Below, piece after piece: positions 38,988-50,846 of a DNA stretch of 58,175 nucleotides (the stretch's first letter is position 1; every line of letters starts with the position of its first letter). The notes beneath the pieces are model-generated. The model was not told the DNA's origin. It worked only from the letters and a program-made list of their open reading frames with translations, and did no database searches. Both the position numbers and the translations under genes were made by a program. This DNA is from Leptospira biflexa (GTDB lineage: Bacteria; Spirochaetota; UBA4802; JAGODF01): the NCBI GenBank assembly GCA_020721925.1, contig DYLV01000002.1, positions 9,624 through 67,798 on the forward strand. Reading direction: 5' to 3'.

Positions 38988-40334
38988 ATGACACAAACAA
39001 AAAATGAAATTTGGGATAAAGTTCTCAATAACATTCAATCGATTATTAACAAGCAATCGTATGAAATGTGGCTAAAAGGCACTGTGCCAGTCCATTTTAA
39101 TAATAAAGTATTGAAAATCCGTGTGGCAGACGAAGTCGCTCAAAGACATATTTCCGATAATTATCTCTCTATTATTTCATCACTTGCGAGTGATATCACT
39201 GGTGAAGTCATCTCTTGTGTTTTTACCACCGAAAATATTGAGGAATCATCAAGTCAACCCCCCCAAGAAGTTTTTTTCCAATCTAATTCTCCGAATGTCG
39301 GAGTTAAATCCTCATTGACGCTCTATCCCGAGTACACTTTTGATAATTTCATTGTGGGACCTAATAACCAGCTCGCTCATGCCGCAGCTATTTCCGTATC
39401 AAAAGCTCCTGCAATACAGTTTAATCCCCTTTTTATTTATGGAAAAACGGGTCTTGGAAAAACTCACCTTATGCAGGCTATTGGCCATAAAATCATTCAA
39501 GACAAACCCTATATGAAAGTGCTGTATATTCCTACCGAGCAGTTTATCAATGAATTTATCAACGCTATTAGAAATAACACTCAGCATAGTTTTAAAATAA
39601 AATATCGTGAAGTAGATATTCTTCTTATAGACGATATTCAATTTATTGAAAAAAAAGAACAAACCCAAGAAGAATTCTTTCATACCTTTAATACTCTTCA
39701 TAACAACAACAAACAAATCGTGATTACTTGTGATCGACCTCCAAAAGAACTCACAACGCTTGAAGAGAGGCTCCGTTCTCGTTTTGAATGGGGAATGATT
39801 ACAGATATTCAGACTCCGACAATTGAAACTCGTGAAGCAATTTTAAGAAGCAAGGCAGAAAAGCTCAATTTAGATATTTCAGATGAAGTATTGAACTTTA
39901 TTGCCCGCAGAATTAAATCGAGCATTAGATCTCTTGAATCCGCTCTCACTCGTTTGAATATGGTTTCCTCTATTTCTAAAGAGCCAATTACAATCAATCA
40001 TGCAAAACAACATCTTAAAGATCTTTTTGATGAAGAGGTGACAAGAAAAATAGGAATTATCGATATTATTCAAAAAGTGTGTGAAAAATTCGATATTTCT
40101 CCTGAAGATTTAAAATCAAAAAGCCGTCACAGTAGAGTTGTGCTTCCTCGTTTTATCGCAATGTATGTTGCGAGAAATCTAACAGAACTTACTACTCTTG
40201 AAATTGGGAGGGAGTTTGGTGATAGAGATCATTCTACCGTTATCAATGCCATAAACAACATTGAAAAATCCATGAAAAACGATGAAACTTTACATGAACA
40301 AATTAATGAAATTATCTCTGAATTAAAGTGTTGA
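38988..40334 (+). CDS. dnaA: Chromosomal replication initiator protein DnaA
   Basis: YGKTGLGKTHL, LLIDDIQF, VITCDRPPKEL, EIGREFGDRDHSTVINA. The ATG at 38988 lies 9 nt after AGGA; the ORF-track start is 38961. Confidence 0.96.
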   Translation: MTQTKNEIWDKVLNNIQSIINKQSYEMWLKGTVPVHFNNKVLKIRVADEVAQRHISDNYLSIISSLASDITGEVISCVFTTENIEESSSQPPQEVFFQSNSPNVGVKSSLTLYPEYTFDNFIVGPNNQLAHAAAISVSKAPAIQFNPLFIYGKTGLGKTHLMQAIGHKIIQDKPYMKVLYIPTEQFINEFINAIRNNTQHSFKIKYREVDILLIDDIQFIEKKEQTQEEFFHTFNTLHNNNKQIVITCDRPPKELTTLEERLRSRFEWGMITDIQTPTIETREAILRSKAEKLNLDISDEVLNFIARRIKSSIRSLESALTRLNMVSSISKEPITINHAKQHLKDLFDEEVTRKIGIIDIIQKVCEKFDISPEDLKSKSRHSRVVLPRFIAMYVARNLTELTTLEIGREFGDRDHSTVINAINNIEKSMKNDETLHEQINEIISELKC

Positions 40335-40541
40335 TATTTTGTATTTTTATTGTTATTTTATGTGTACTTTTTATGATTTTTTTCCCTTTTTTTTAAAAAT
40401 ACTGAAGTATTTTCACTTTTTTGTTTTTTTTTAAATATATTCACATTTTATTTTTTTCTATTTTCTCATTTTTCGAGGAGTTTTTGAGTTATCAACAGAA
40501 TTTTTTTACTTACTATTACTATTATATAAAAGGATTATTAT
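40335..40541. other. oriC, right part / candidate unwinding region (dnaA-dnaN spacer)
   Basis: Long T tracts. TTATCAACA at 40489-40497, ATATTCACA at 40437-40445, and an inverted ATATCAACA (read as TGTTGATAT) at 40329-40337 overlapping the dnaA stop. Confidence 0.6.
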
Positions 40542-41660
40542 ATGAATTTTTATGTAGAAAAAGATTTATTGTTAAAAACTCTTTTAACGGTTGATTCAAC
40601 AATTACGGTTAAATCTGCTAATTATATTCTTTCACTTAGTTTGTTTAACGTTTCAAAAGATAAACTTGAGATTGTAACGACAGATAAAGATATTATGATG
40701 AAAAGTTCGATCAAGGTTAATGCGTCAAAGCAATTTTCTTTTCTTGTTAACGGGAAAAAGCTTGCGAATATTATTAAAGAATTTCCAAAGGGAGATGTTA
40801 CCGTATGTGTCGATGATAATTTTTCCATATCTATCAGTTCAAAATTACTAAAAGGGAATTATACATTAGTTGGGATGCCAAAAGGAGAGTTTCCTGAATT
40901 CATTAAAATACAGGAGTCAATAGCCTTTGATATTGATCAGATTGATTTTAAGGAAATGATCAGAAAGGTTGCGTATTCGGTTGCAAATGATAATATAAAA
41001 CCGGCCTTTTGCGGGATTTTCTTCACAATGGATGAAAATACAAAGCTTACCGCGGTAGCAACAGATGCGAAAAGGCTTTCTTTATTTTCTATCCCTGTAG
41101 ATTCTTCTTTAAAATTAAAAGAAGGTGTCATTGTTCCGAAAAAGGCAATCGGTGAAATATATAGATTATTGAGTGACAGCGGAAAATGCGTGTTTTCAAT
41201 TGGGATGAATATGTGCAGTGTAAAAATAGAAAACACGGAAATAGTATCAAGGCTTGTTGATGGACAGTTCCCTAACTATAAACAGGTGATACCGAGGGAG
41301 TTTACTGAAACGATTGCGATTAATAGAGAAAAATTTTTGGAAACAATTCGACGTATAATGATTTTTACTAAGGAACCTTTTTATAAAGTTTCTTTTAAGC
41401 TTGAGAATGATGTATTATATATTTATTCCGAATATCCTGAGTTCGGCAAAGCAGAGGAAGAACTCTCTGTAATCACAACAAATAATAGTACTATGGAATT
41501 TGTATTGAGTGCAAATTATCTCTATGAATCTGTAAGAGAAATGGATGAAGAAGAAATTGAGATGAAAATACTAATGCCAACAAGCCCAATCATGATAAAA
41601 CCAAAAAAAAGAAAAGATGAACTTTTTATTGTTATGCCGGTACAGTCGAAAAATGAGTGA
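40542..41660 (+). CDS. dnaN: DNA polymerase III beta sliding clamp
   Basis: 372 aa in the position after dnaA. Typical clamp pattern (LVDGQFPNYKQVIP, three-domain length). Confidence 0.93.
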   Translation: MNFYVEKDLLLKTLLTVDSTITVKSANYILSLSLFNVSKDKLEIVTTDKDIMMKSSIKVNASKQFSFLVNGKKLANIIKEFPKGDVTVCVDDNFSISISSKLLKGNYTLVGMPKGEFPEFIKIQESIAFDIDQIDFKEMIRKVAYSVANDNIKPAFCGIFFTMDENTKLTAVATDAKRLSLFSIPVDSSLKLKEGVIVPKKAIGEIYRLLSDSGKCVFSIGMNMCSVKIENTEIVSRLVDGQFPNYKQVIPREFTETIAINREKFLETIRRIMIFTKEPFYKVSFKLENDVLYIYSEYPEFGKAEEELSVITTNNSTMEFVLSANYLYESVREMDEEEIEMKILMPTSPIMIKPKKRKDELFIVMPVQSKNE

Positions 41661-41679
41661 ATCAAAATTTATGTAATCA

Positions 41680-42783
41680 ATGTATCTTAATAATCTTATT
41701 TTAAAAAATTTTAGAAATTGCATTACAACTGAAATTGTATTATCTCCGAAATATAATATTTTTTTTGGTGAAAACGGCGCAGGAAAAACAAATATTTTAG
41801 AAGCTGTTTCCGTTATTTCTGGAATTAAATCATTCAGAGGATCATCAGATGATGAGATGATTCAAAGAGGAAAATATTTTTATTATTGCCGCGGGGAAAT
41901 TTTAGAAGAAAGAGAAATTTTAGAGATTGCATACAGTGTTGGAGGCAATACCAAGAAAAAAAAGGTAAAAATAAATAATAAAGAAATAGATAAGTTTTCA
42001 GATTATTTTGGAAGATTTTTAACAGTAATTATTTCACCTGATGATATTAATTTAATTAAAGGGTCACCTGAAATAAAGAGAAAATATTTCGATTCTTATA
42101 TTGCAAAAATCAACAGAAGTTACACTGAGTCGCTTTTAAAATTCAGAAAAGCACTTACGAATAGGACGATAATAATAAAAAAAATTAGGGATGGCTATTT
42201 TTCTGAAAAAAAACATCTTGATGTGTGGAATTATATTTTTGCGGAGGAAGCTTCAAAAATAATATCTCATAGAAATTTTTTTATTTTTGTGTTGAACGAA
42301 TACTTTTCTGAAATCTTTCATAGAATTTCCGGCACTCAATATTCTCCTCAGATAAAATACCTGAATTCTTTGTCTTTGGAAGATAAAGAAGATATTTTAA
42401 AAAAGCTGGAAAATAATTATAATAAAGAGATAATACTTGGTGTGACATTGCAGGGACCTCAAAGGGATAATTTTATTTTTTCAGATAAAAACGGTGATGA
42501 TTGCATTCCTTTTTTTTCTCAGGGACAAAAAAGAGCTGTTGCACTTGCACTTAAGTGTTCAGAAATAATTCATATTGAAAAAAATTTTGATAAAAAACCG
42601 GTTGTGTTGGTTGATGATATTTTTTCTGAACTTGATGAAAAAAGAAGAAAAAATGTTTTTGATATGTTTAAAAATAATTATCAGGTGCTGTTTACAACCG
42701 TGAATCCGGAAAATATTGTTAGTACGGGATTCGATAACTGCGCTCTTTTTAATATTATCGAGGGAAAAGTGGAAATGGTATGA
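41680..42783 (+). CDS. recF: DNA replication and repair protein RecF
   Basis: Walker A FFGENGAGKTNILEA, signature FSQGQKRAVALAL, Walker B VVLVDDIFSELD. Confidence 0.93.
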   Translation: MYLNNLILKNFRNCITTEIVLSPKYNIFFGENGAGKTNILEAVSVISGIKSFRGSSDDEMIQRGKYFYYCRGEILEEREILEIAYSVGGNTKKKKVKINNKEIDKFSDYFGRFLTVIISPDDINLIKGSPEIKRKYFDSYIAKINRSYTESLLKFRKALTNRTIIIKKIRDGYFSEKKHLDVWNYIFAEEASKIISHRNFFIFVLNEYFSEIFHRISGTQYSPQIKYLNSLSLEDKEDILKKLENNYNKEIILGVTLQGPQRDNFIFSDKNGDDCIPFFSQGQKRAVALALKCSEIIHIEKNFDKKPVVLVDDIFSELDEKRRKNVFDMFKNNYQVLFTTVNPENIVSTGFDNCALFNIIEGKVEMV

Positions 42784-43109
42784 AGTTTGTGATAAAAAGA
42801 AAAAGAAACAGTAGAATGATTCATGTGAAAAACATCATTCTCGATACAATTATCGAATGTGATTTACAGGAAAAACTCGTTCTTGACAAAATCAGGGAAA
42901 AATGGAGTGATGCTGTCGGATCGCTCAATGCAGTACATTCGAGACCGGAAATAATTAAAAATAGAGTTTTAATCGTGATTGTCGATAATTCGATGTATTC
43001 GAATGAAATTGTAATGTATAAAGATACTATATTATCCAAAGTCAGAGAAATAATGGGAATTATTGATATAGTGGACATTCGTACTAAAATAGGAAAGTTG
43101 TACAAGTAA
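42780..43109 (+). CDS. DUF721 (DciA-like) protein
   Basis: 109 aa. ATGA overlap with the recF stop. The classic recF-gyrB position matches DUF721. Recognition rests on context and size, with weak motif support. Confidence 0.6.
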   Translation: MKFVIKRKRNSRMIHVKNIILDTIIECDLQEKLVLDKIREKWSDAVGSLNAVHSRPEIIKNRVLIVIVDNSMYSNEIVMYKDTILSKVREIMGIIDIVDIRTKIGKLYK

Positions 43110-43113
43110 TACG

Positions 43114-45248
<2,135 letters not shown>

Positions 45249-45262
45249 AGAGAGGAGCAAAC

Positions 45263-47719
45263 GTGACCAGGAAGACAAAACATCCCGGCGAGGGAAACCA
45301 GCGAGTATTGAATGTTGAAATAGAAGAGCAGATGAAAAGCGCGTACCTTGATTATGCGATGAGCGTGATTGTGGGTAGGGCACTGCCTGATGTGCGAGAT
45401 GGACTTAAACCGGTTCACCGGCGTATTCTTCATGCCATGAATGTGCGGGCATGGAGGAGCGATCGCCCCTATGTGAAGTCTGCGAAGATTGTGGGGGAAG
45501 TAATAGGTAATTACCATCCTCATGGAGATACCGCTGTTTACGATACTCTTGTGCGGATGGTGCAGGATTTCTCCATGCGAATTCCGCTTATTGACGGCCA
45601 GGGAAATTTTGGATCTCTTGACGGAGATCCTCCTGCGGCATATCGATACACCGAAGCGCGCCTTACAAAAGCAGCGGAAGAGCTTTTAGTCGATATTGAC
45701 AAGGAAACAGTAGATTTTGTTCCGAATTTCGATGATTCCAGAAAAGAGCCGGTGGTGCTTCCTGCGGCAATCCCCAACCTTTTAGTGAACGGGTCGGCGG
45801 GTATTGCGGTGGGGATGGCAACCAACATCCCGCCGCATAACCTTTCTGAAGTAATAGACGGAATCGTAGCCCTTATCGACAATCCCGATCTGAAAGTAAA
45901 ACAGCTTATGAAATTCATTAAAGGGCCGGATTTCCCCACCAGGGGCATTATTATGGGTTCGGAAGGGATTGTGAAAGCATACACGACGGGTAAAGGAAGC
46001 ATTAAAATTCGTGGAAGAATTGAAATTGAGGAAAATCAAAAAGGGCGCGAATATATCATCATTACAGAGATTCCATATCAGGTGAATAAGGCTGCGTTGA
46101 TTGCACGAATTGCTGAACTGGTGAATAATAAAGAGATAGAAGGAATCACCGAACTTCGTGACGAATCGGACCGTCGGGGGCTTCGCATAGTGATTGGAGT
46201 TCGTAAAGACGCGAACAGCTCCATCATCATTAATCAATTATACAAACATACGCCGCTTCAAAGCTCTTTTGGAATCATCCTCCTTGCGCTTGTGAACAAT
46301 GAACCGAGGGTACTTGATCTAAAAGGTGTTCTTTCACACTACATTTTGCATAGAAAAACAGTTATTACGCGCAGAACTAAGTATGAGTTGAAAAAGGCGG
46401 AGGAACGCGCACACATATTAGAAGGATTAAAAATCGCACTCGATAATATTGATGAAGTGATCAAAATCATTCGCTCTTCGAAAACCGTTGAAGAGGCTGA
46501 AGAACGGCTCATTAAACGCTTCAAACTTTCAGAAATACAGGCGAAAGCAATTCTCGATATGCGCCTGCAGAAGCTTACAAGCCTTGAAGTAAAAAAGGTG
46601 ATTGAGGAACTCAAACAGCTTCATGAGCGCATTAAGGAACTGAAGGTAATACTTAAAAGCGATGCGCGCATTCTTGGCATAGTAAAAGAGGAGCTGGAAA
46701 AGATTAAGAAAAAATATGGAGAGGAGAGAAAGACGGAAATTCAGCATGGTGCAGAAGCATCAACCGACTTCGATGCGGAGGATCTCATTGCCGATGAAGA
46801 TATGGTGGTAACCATCACCAACGATGGCTTCATCCGAAGGCTTCCAGTCGATACCTTTAAAAAGCAGAGAAGAGGCGGAAAGGGCGTCATTGGAATGTCC
46901 GGAAAAAAAGAAGATTTCATCAACATGATGAACATCTCATCAACGCACGATATCATCTTCCTCTTTTCAAATAAAGGGAAAATCTTTGGCATGAAGACCT
47001 ATGAAATTCCAATTGCGTCGAAGACAAGCAAGGGAAAATCGTTAAAAGGAATAATCAACCTTTCGGCCGGGGAAAATATAACCGCGATGTGTGCGGTGCC
47101 GGAGATAAGCGAGAATGTGTATCTTTGCATGTGCACGAAAGGCGGAATTCTGAAAAAGATTGAGGTGAGCGAATTTGTGAATGCAAAAAAAGGTGGTATC
47201 ATCGCCTTGAATCTGAAAAAAAATGATGAACTGGTTGATGTGAAGCTCGTACAAGGCGATGATGATGTGGTCATCGCAACAAAAAACGGCCTGCTTTTGC
47301 GGACAAACCTAAAAAAGATGCGTTCGATGGGGAGAAATGCCGCGGGGATCATTGGTATGCGCCTTTCCTCTGATGATGCGATTATCGGTATCGATGTGGT
47401 AAAAAAAGATTCTTCGCTGCTGGTAGTGACCTCGAAAGGCTACGGTAAAGTGGTGCCCTACAAGAATTTTGCCGTAAAAGGGCGCGGTGGTAAAGGGATG
47501 CAGTATGTGAAAATTACCGAAAAGGCGGGGTTTGCGGTGGTGATTCGTTCGGTGTTTCCTGAAGACGAAGTGATCATTGCGTCGATGAGCGGTATGACCA
47601 TTCGGCTTCAGGCCAAGGAGATTTCTGTGCAGGGAAGAAACTCGACGGGAGTTCGACTTTTAAACACGACTGAAGGCGATGAAGTGTCCGATATCGCAAT
47701 TTTGACAGACGTGCGGTAA
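45263..47719 (+). CDS. gyrA: DNA gyrase subunit A
   Basis: YAMSVIVGRALPDVRDGLKPVHRRIL, GNYHPHGD, AAYRYTEARL (catalytic Tyr), C-terminal beta-pinwheel repeats. GTG start. Confidence 0.97.
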   Translation: MTRKTKHPGEGNQRVLNVEIEEQMKSAYLDYAMSVIVGRALPDVRDGLKPVHRRILHAMNVRAWRSDRPYVKSAKIVGEVIGNYHPHGDTAVYDTLVRMVQDFSMRIPLIDGQGNFGSLDGDPPAAYRYTEARLTKAAEELLVDIDKETVDFVPNFDDSRKEPVVLPAAIPNLLVNGSAGIAVGMATNIPPHNLSEVIDGIVALIDNPDLKVKQLMKFIKGPDFPTRGIIMGSEGIVKAYTTGKGSIKIRGRIEIEENQKGREYIIITEIPYQVNKAALIARIAELVNNKEIEGITELRDESDRRGLRIVIGVRKDANSSIIINQLYKHTPLQSSFGIILLALVNNEPRVLDLKGVLSHYILHRKTVITRRTKYELKKAEERAHILEGLKIALDNIDEVIKIIRSSKTVEEAEERLIKRFKLSEIQAKAILDMRLQKLTSLEVKKVIEELKQLHERIKELKVILKSDARILGIVKEELEKIKKKYGEERKTEIQHGAEASTDFDAEDLIADEDMVVTITNDGFIRRLPVDTFKKQRRGGKGVIGMSGKKEDFINMMNISSTHDIIFLFSNKGKIFGMKTYEIPIASKTSKGKSLKGIINLSAGENITAMCAVPEISENVYLCMCTKGGILKKIEVSEFVNAKKGGIIALNLKKNDELVDVKLVQGDDDVVIATKNGLLLRTNLKKMRSMGRNAAGIIGMRLSSDDAIIGIDVVKKDSSLLVVTSKGYGKVVPYKNFAVKGRGGKGMQYVKITEKAGFAVVIRSVFPEDEVIIASMSGMTIRLQAKEISVQGRNSTGVRLLNTTEGDEVSDIAILTDVR

Positions 47720-47720
47720 A

Positions 47721-48323
47721 GTGAAGCCGGAAAAAACAATCGAGAGGCTTTCTTCTGGCAGGGATGTGGTAATTGTAGCCCTCGGTGATTCCCTGACATA
47801 CGGATGGATGGTGCGGAAGGGGTATTTGGATTTTCTCAAAGAGATGTTGGGGGAACGATATCCGGTATCGAAAATTACCATCCTTAACAGGGGCATCCCC
47901 GGGGATACCGCGCAGGGGGGGCTCGAGCGGCTTCGTAACGATGTGCTGGATGATGATCCCCACTGCGTGTTGGTGCAATTCGCGCTGAACGACGCTTTCT
48001 CTGGATACAATCCCTATGTTTTTCAAAATAATGTCCGCGCAATCATTTCAGGGATTCAGGAGAACACAGATGCAGATGTAGTGTTGGTCACTTCGGTGTA
48101 TATTCGCAATTCTTCTGAAAACGACCTGGCTGAACAATTCTATTCTGCACTGGAGAATCTGTCATCTGAATTATCACTTCCTATCGCGCGTGTCCATGAA
48201 ATATGGAAACTGGCGATACGCAATGGGGTAATATTCTCCAGCCTGGTTCAATACGACGGTGTGCATCCCACGGTGGAAGGCTATGAACTTATGGCTAAAG
48301 CCGTTATGGAAGTATTTCAATAA
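47721..48323 (+). CDS. SGNH/GDSL family hydrolase
   Basis: VVIVALGDSLTYGW (block I), FALNDA (block III), DGVHPTVEGYELMA (block V). The GTG start lies 1 nt after the gyrA stop. Confidence 0.8.
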   Translation: MKPEKTIERLSSGRDVVIVALGDSLTYGWMVRKGYLDFLKEMLGERYPVSKITILNRGIPGDTAQGGLERLRNDVLDDDPHCVLVQFALNDAFSGYNPYVFQNNVRAIISGIQENTDADVVLVTSVYIRNSSENDLAEQFYSALENLSSELSLPIARVHEIWKLAIRNGVIFSSLVQYDGVHPTVEGYELMAKAVMEVFQ

Positions 48324-48337
48324 CGTGGGATGCCAAA

Positions 48338-48889
48338 ATGATACGTAAACTCACCTTTCAAGAAATTACCTCTCTGAGACCTAATCTTGATGAGATATCT
48401 GCAAAAACGCGCGTTCCGGTATCCGTCATTATTGAAAACATACGAAGCCTATACAATGTAGGTTCAATGTTTCGCACCTCCGATGGAGCTGGTATTGAAA
48501 AACTTTTTATTTGCGGATATACCGCATGCCCGCCAAGAAGAGAAATCGATAAAACAGCTCTCGGAAGCACAGAAAGCGTGCCATGGGAATGGCGCCGAAG
48601 TGCAAAAGAGGCGATTGATGAATTAAAGGCGAAAGGATATACGATTGTGGCGCTTGAGCATACTGATAAAAGTATGTCTGTCTGGGAAGCACCCTTTCAT
48701 TTTCCGCTCTGTTTGGTGGTGGGAAATGAAGTGGAGGGAGTGAATCAGGAAACGCTCGATGCCTGCGATGAGGCAATTGAAATCCCTATGTACGGCATAA
48801 AGCAATCACTCAATGTGGCGGTTGCGTATGGAATCGGGGTGTATTCGATTGTGGAGAGGTATGTTGCCACCACTCGAAATCAAGGCTGA
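48338..48889 (+). CDS. SpoU/TrmH-family RNA 2'-O-methyltransferase
   Basis: NVGSMFRTSDGAGI, LVVGNEVEGV, IEIPMYGIKQSLNVAVAYGI. Confidence 0.85.
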   Translation: MIRKLTFQEITSLRPNLDEISAKTRVPVSVIIENIRSLYNVGSMFRTSDGAGIEKLFICGYTACPPRREIDKTALGSTESVPWEWRRSAKEAIDELKAKGYTIVALEHTDKSMSVWEAPFHFPLCLVVGNEVEGVNQETLDACDEAIEIPMYGIKQSLNVAVAYGIGVYSIVERYVATTRNQG

Positions 48890-48929
48890 TTGATGGGGCA
48901 TAAAAAGGTTCTCTTTTATTTTTTTATAC

Positions 48930-49442
48930 TTATGAATTTTTTTTCTTTGATGCAGAAGATCTAAAAATTTTCTCCCAATAATTTATTTCTTCGCTGCTGA
49001 CTTTTGGGTTATCATCCTTTTCCTGCCTGGTTTCTTCATAAAAATCTTCAATTGTTTTAACTACTTTTTCCACGAATTCTTCACTTTTCATAATTCTGAC
49101 GCCGAATTTTTGTACATAAGATATGATACCGTTATCGGAAGTGACAACTGTCGTCATGCGTGGGTTAATGTCTTTTTTAATGAATTCCTTGATGAGAAAA
49201 TCCGCTGAATAATTAATTGAGTAGTAGACGTCAATGGAGCCGAATGACTCGCTTTTTATGTCGAGCAATTGCTGTTTTTTTCCGTCGAAAACAATGCGTA
49301 TTTTTTTCCTGGCGATCTTCTCGTAATCTTTGAGAATTGTAAGGAGGCGTGTTCTTGCTGCTTCAAGCTTGCATTGCAGCATAAGCGCTTCGCACTCGGG
49401 GAATTTATAGAGAAGATTGAATCCGTCGATGAGATACGCCAT
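48930..49442 (-). CDS. NYN/PIN-like YacP (Rae1) family ribonuclease-like protein
   Basis: MAYLIDGFNLLYKFPE... and IRIVFDGKK...VYYS...ADFLIKEFI...TVVTSDNGI are typical of the YacP family. Confidence 0.75.
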   Translation of the reverse strand: MAYLIDGFNLLYKFPECEALMLQCKLEAARTRLLTILKDYEKIARKKIRIVFDGKKQQLLDIKSESFGSIDVYYSINYSADFLIKEFIKKDINPRMTTVVTSDNGIISYVQKFGVRIMKSEEFVEKVVKTIEDFYEETRQEKDDNPKVSSEEINYWEKIFRSSASKKKNS

Positions 49443-49473
49443 AAACGCCTCAATACTCGATGCAGTATTATTT

Positions 49474-50670
49474 TTATGTCATTTGCGCACAAAATCGTTC
49501 GATACGCGACATCGCCTCGCTGAGATTTTCCATCGACGTGGCGTATGAACAGCGAATGTGATTTTTACCGCATTCTCCGAAGACTTCTCCGGGAACAACC
49601 GCTACTTTTTCGGATTTAAGAAGTTCAAGTGCAAAAGTCCTTCCGTTCATGCCGGTGGATGAAACGTCGGGAAATACATAAAACGCTCCCTCTGGCATAA
49701 GACAGGCAAGCCCCGCATCTCTAAATTTTCCAACAATGTAGTTTCTGCGCCTGCGATATTCAGACACCATTTTTTCAACATCCCTGCGTGCATTTTTTAT
49801 AGCTTCGATGGCAGCATGTTGTGCAATCGAAGGAGCGCATAGCGCAGTGTATTGATGTATTTTGAGCATCATATCGGTCAGGTATTTTGGAGCTGCAATA
49901 TATCCGAGCCGCCAACCGGTCATGGCATGAGATTTTGAAAAACCGTTTAAATATATTACGCGATCCTTCACCTCGGGAAGAGCGGTAATCGACCAGTGTT
50001 TCGCATCATAGGTGAGCGACGAATAAATTTCGTCTGAAATGATGATTAAATTCTTTTCAATTGCGATTTCGGCGATATTTTCAAGTAAGGTTCGCGGGAG
50101 AGTGTTACCGGTTGGATTTGAAGGATAATTTAGAAGTATAGCTTTTGTCTTTGTTGTGATTGTTGAGTATAGCCTGTCAATATCTATCTTGAACTCATCT
50201 TCGAAAGTCGTCGGCACATACACGGGAACGCCGCCAAGAAGGGTAACATTCGCACCATACGATACGTAGCACGGCTCTGGGATGATGACTTCATCGCCGG
50301 AGTTTACGATGCTGCGTAGAGCAAGATCAAGTCCCTGACTTACGCCCATGGTTACGATGATTTCTTCTTCAGGCTGATAGTGTGCACCGGATATCTTCTG
50401 AATTTCTTCGGAAATAAGCGCGCAGAGTTCTGGCAGCCCTCTGTTTGGAGTGTAGTGGGTGTATCCATCCTTTATTGCGTACATTCCCATATCGGCGATT
50501 CTCCAGGGAGTGATGAAATCGGGCTCGCCTACACCGAGAGAAACACAATCGGGCATGGAATACACAATATCGAAAAATTCTCGTATTCCCGAAGGTGGAA
50601 TTTTTTTCACTGCTTCTGAAATCAGTGCTTGTGGACTTTGCTGTGTGGCAAGTTTGAGTTTCATATACAC
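49474..50670 (-). CDS. Class I/II pyridoxal-phosphate aminotransferase (aspartate aminotransferase-like)
   Basis: LGVGEPDF, NYPSNPTG, LNGFSKSHAMTGWRLGY (PLP lysine), RCSYA. Confidence 0.88.
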   Translation of the reverse strand: MYMKLKLATQQSPQALISEAVKKIPPSGIREFFDIVYSMPDCVSLGVGEPDFITPWRIADMGMYAIKDGYTHYTPNRGLPELCALISEEIQKISGAHYQPEEEIIVTMGVSQGLDLALRSIVNSGDEVIIPEPCYVSYGANVTLLGGVPVYVPTTFEDEFKIDIDRLYSTITTKTKAILLNYPSNPTGNTLPRTLLENIAEIAIEKNLIIISDEIYSSLTYDAKHWSITALPEVKDRVIYLNGFSKSHAMTGWRLGYIAAPKYLTDMMLKIHQYTALCAPSIAQHAAIEAIKNARRDVEKMVSEYRRRRNYIVGKFRDAGLACLMPEGAFYVFPDVSSTGMNGRTFALELLKSEKVAVVPGEVFGECGKNHIRCSYATSMENLSEAMSRIERFCAQMT

Positions 50671-50846
50671 CCTTTAGGGACATGATTATGTGAGACAGCG
50701 ACTCTTTGAATTATGAATCGCCCATTATATATTATTTGTGAATAATTGCAAGAATTTTTATGCACGTACTTTCGATACATGTAATTATTTGCTTCTCTTA
50801 AGAAGAAGCTTTTTCATTAAAACAATACAATTTGATGAGTCCACAA

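Noticed and set aside
50791-50814. Terminator-like hairpin GCTTCT-cttaaga-AGAAGC followed by TTTTT on the + strand, between glpX and the aminotransferase gene.
   Set aside because: Both flanking genes are on the minus strand, where the stem is followed by AAATAATT rather than a U tract. There is no plus-strand gene or convincing ORF upstream. It may be a weak or orientation-independent stem for glpX, but it is not supportable as a terminator call.
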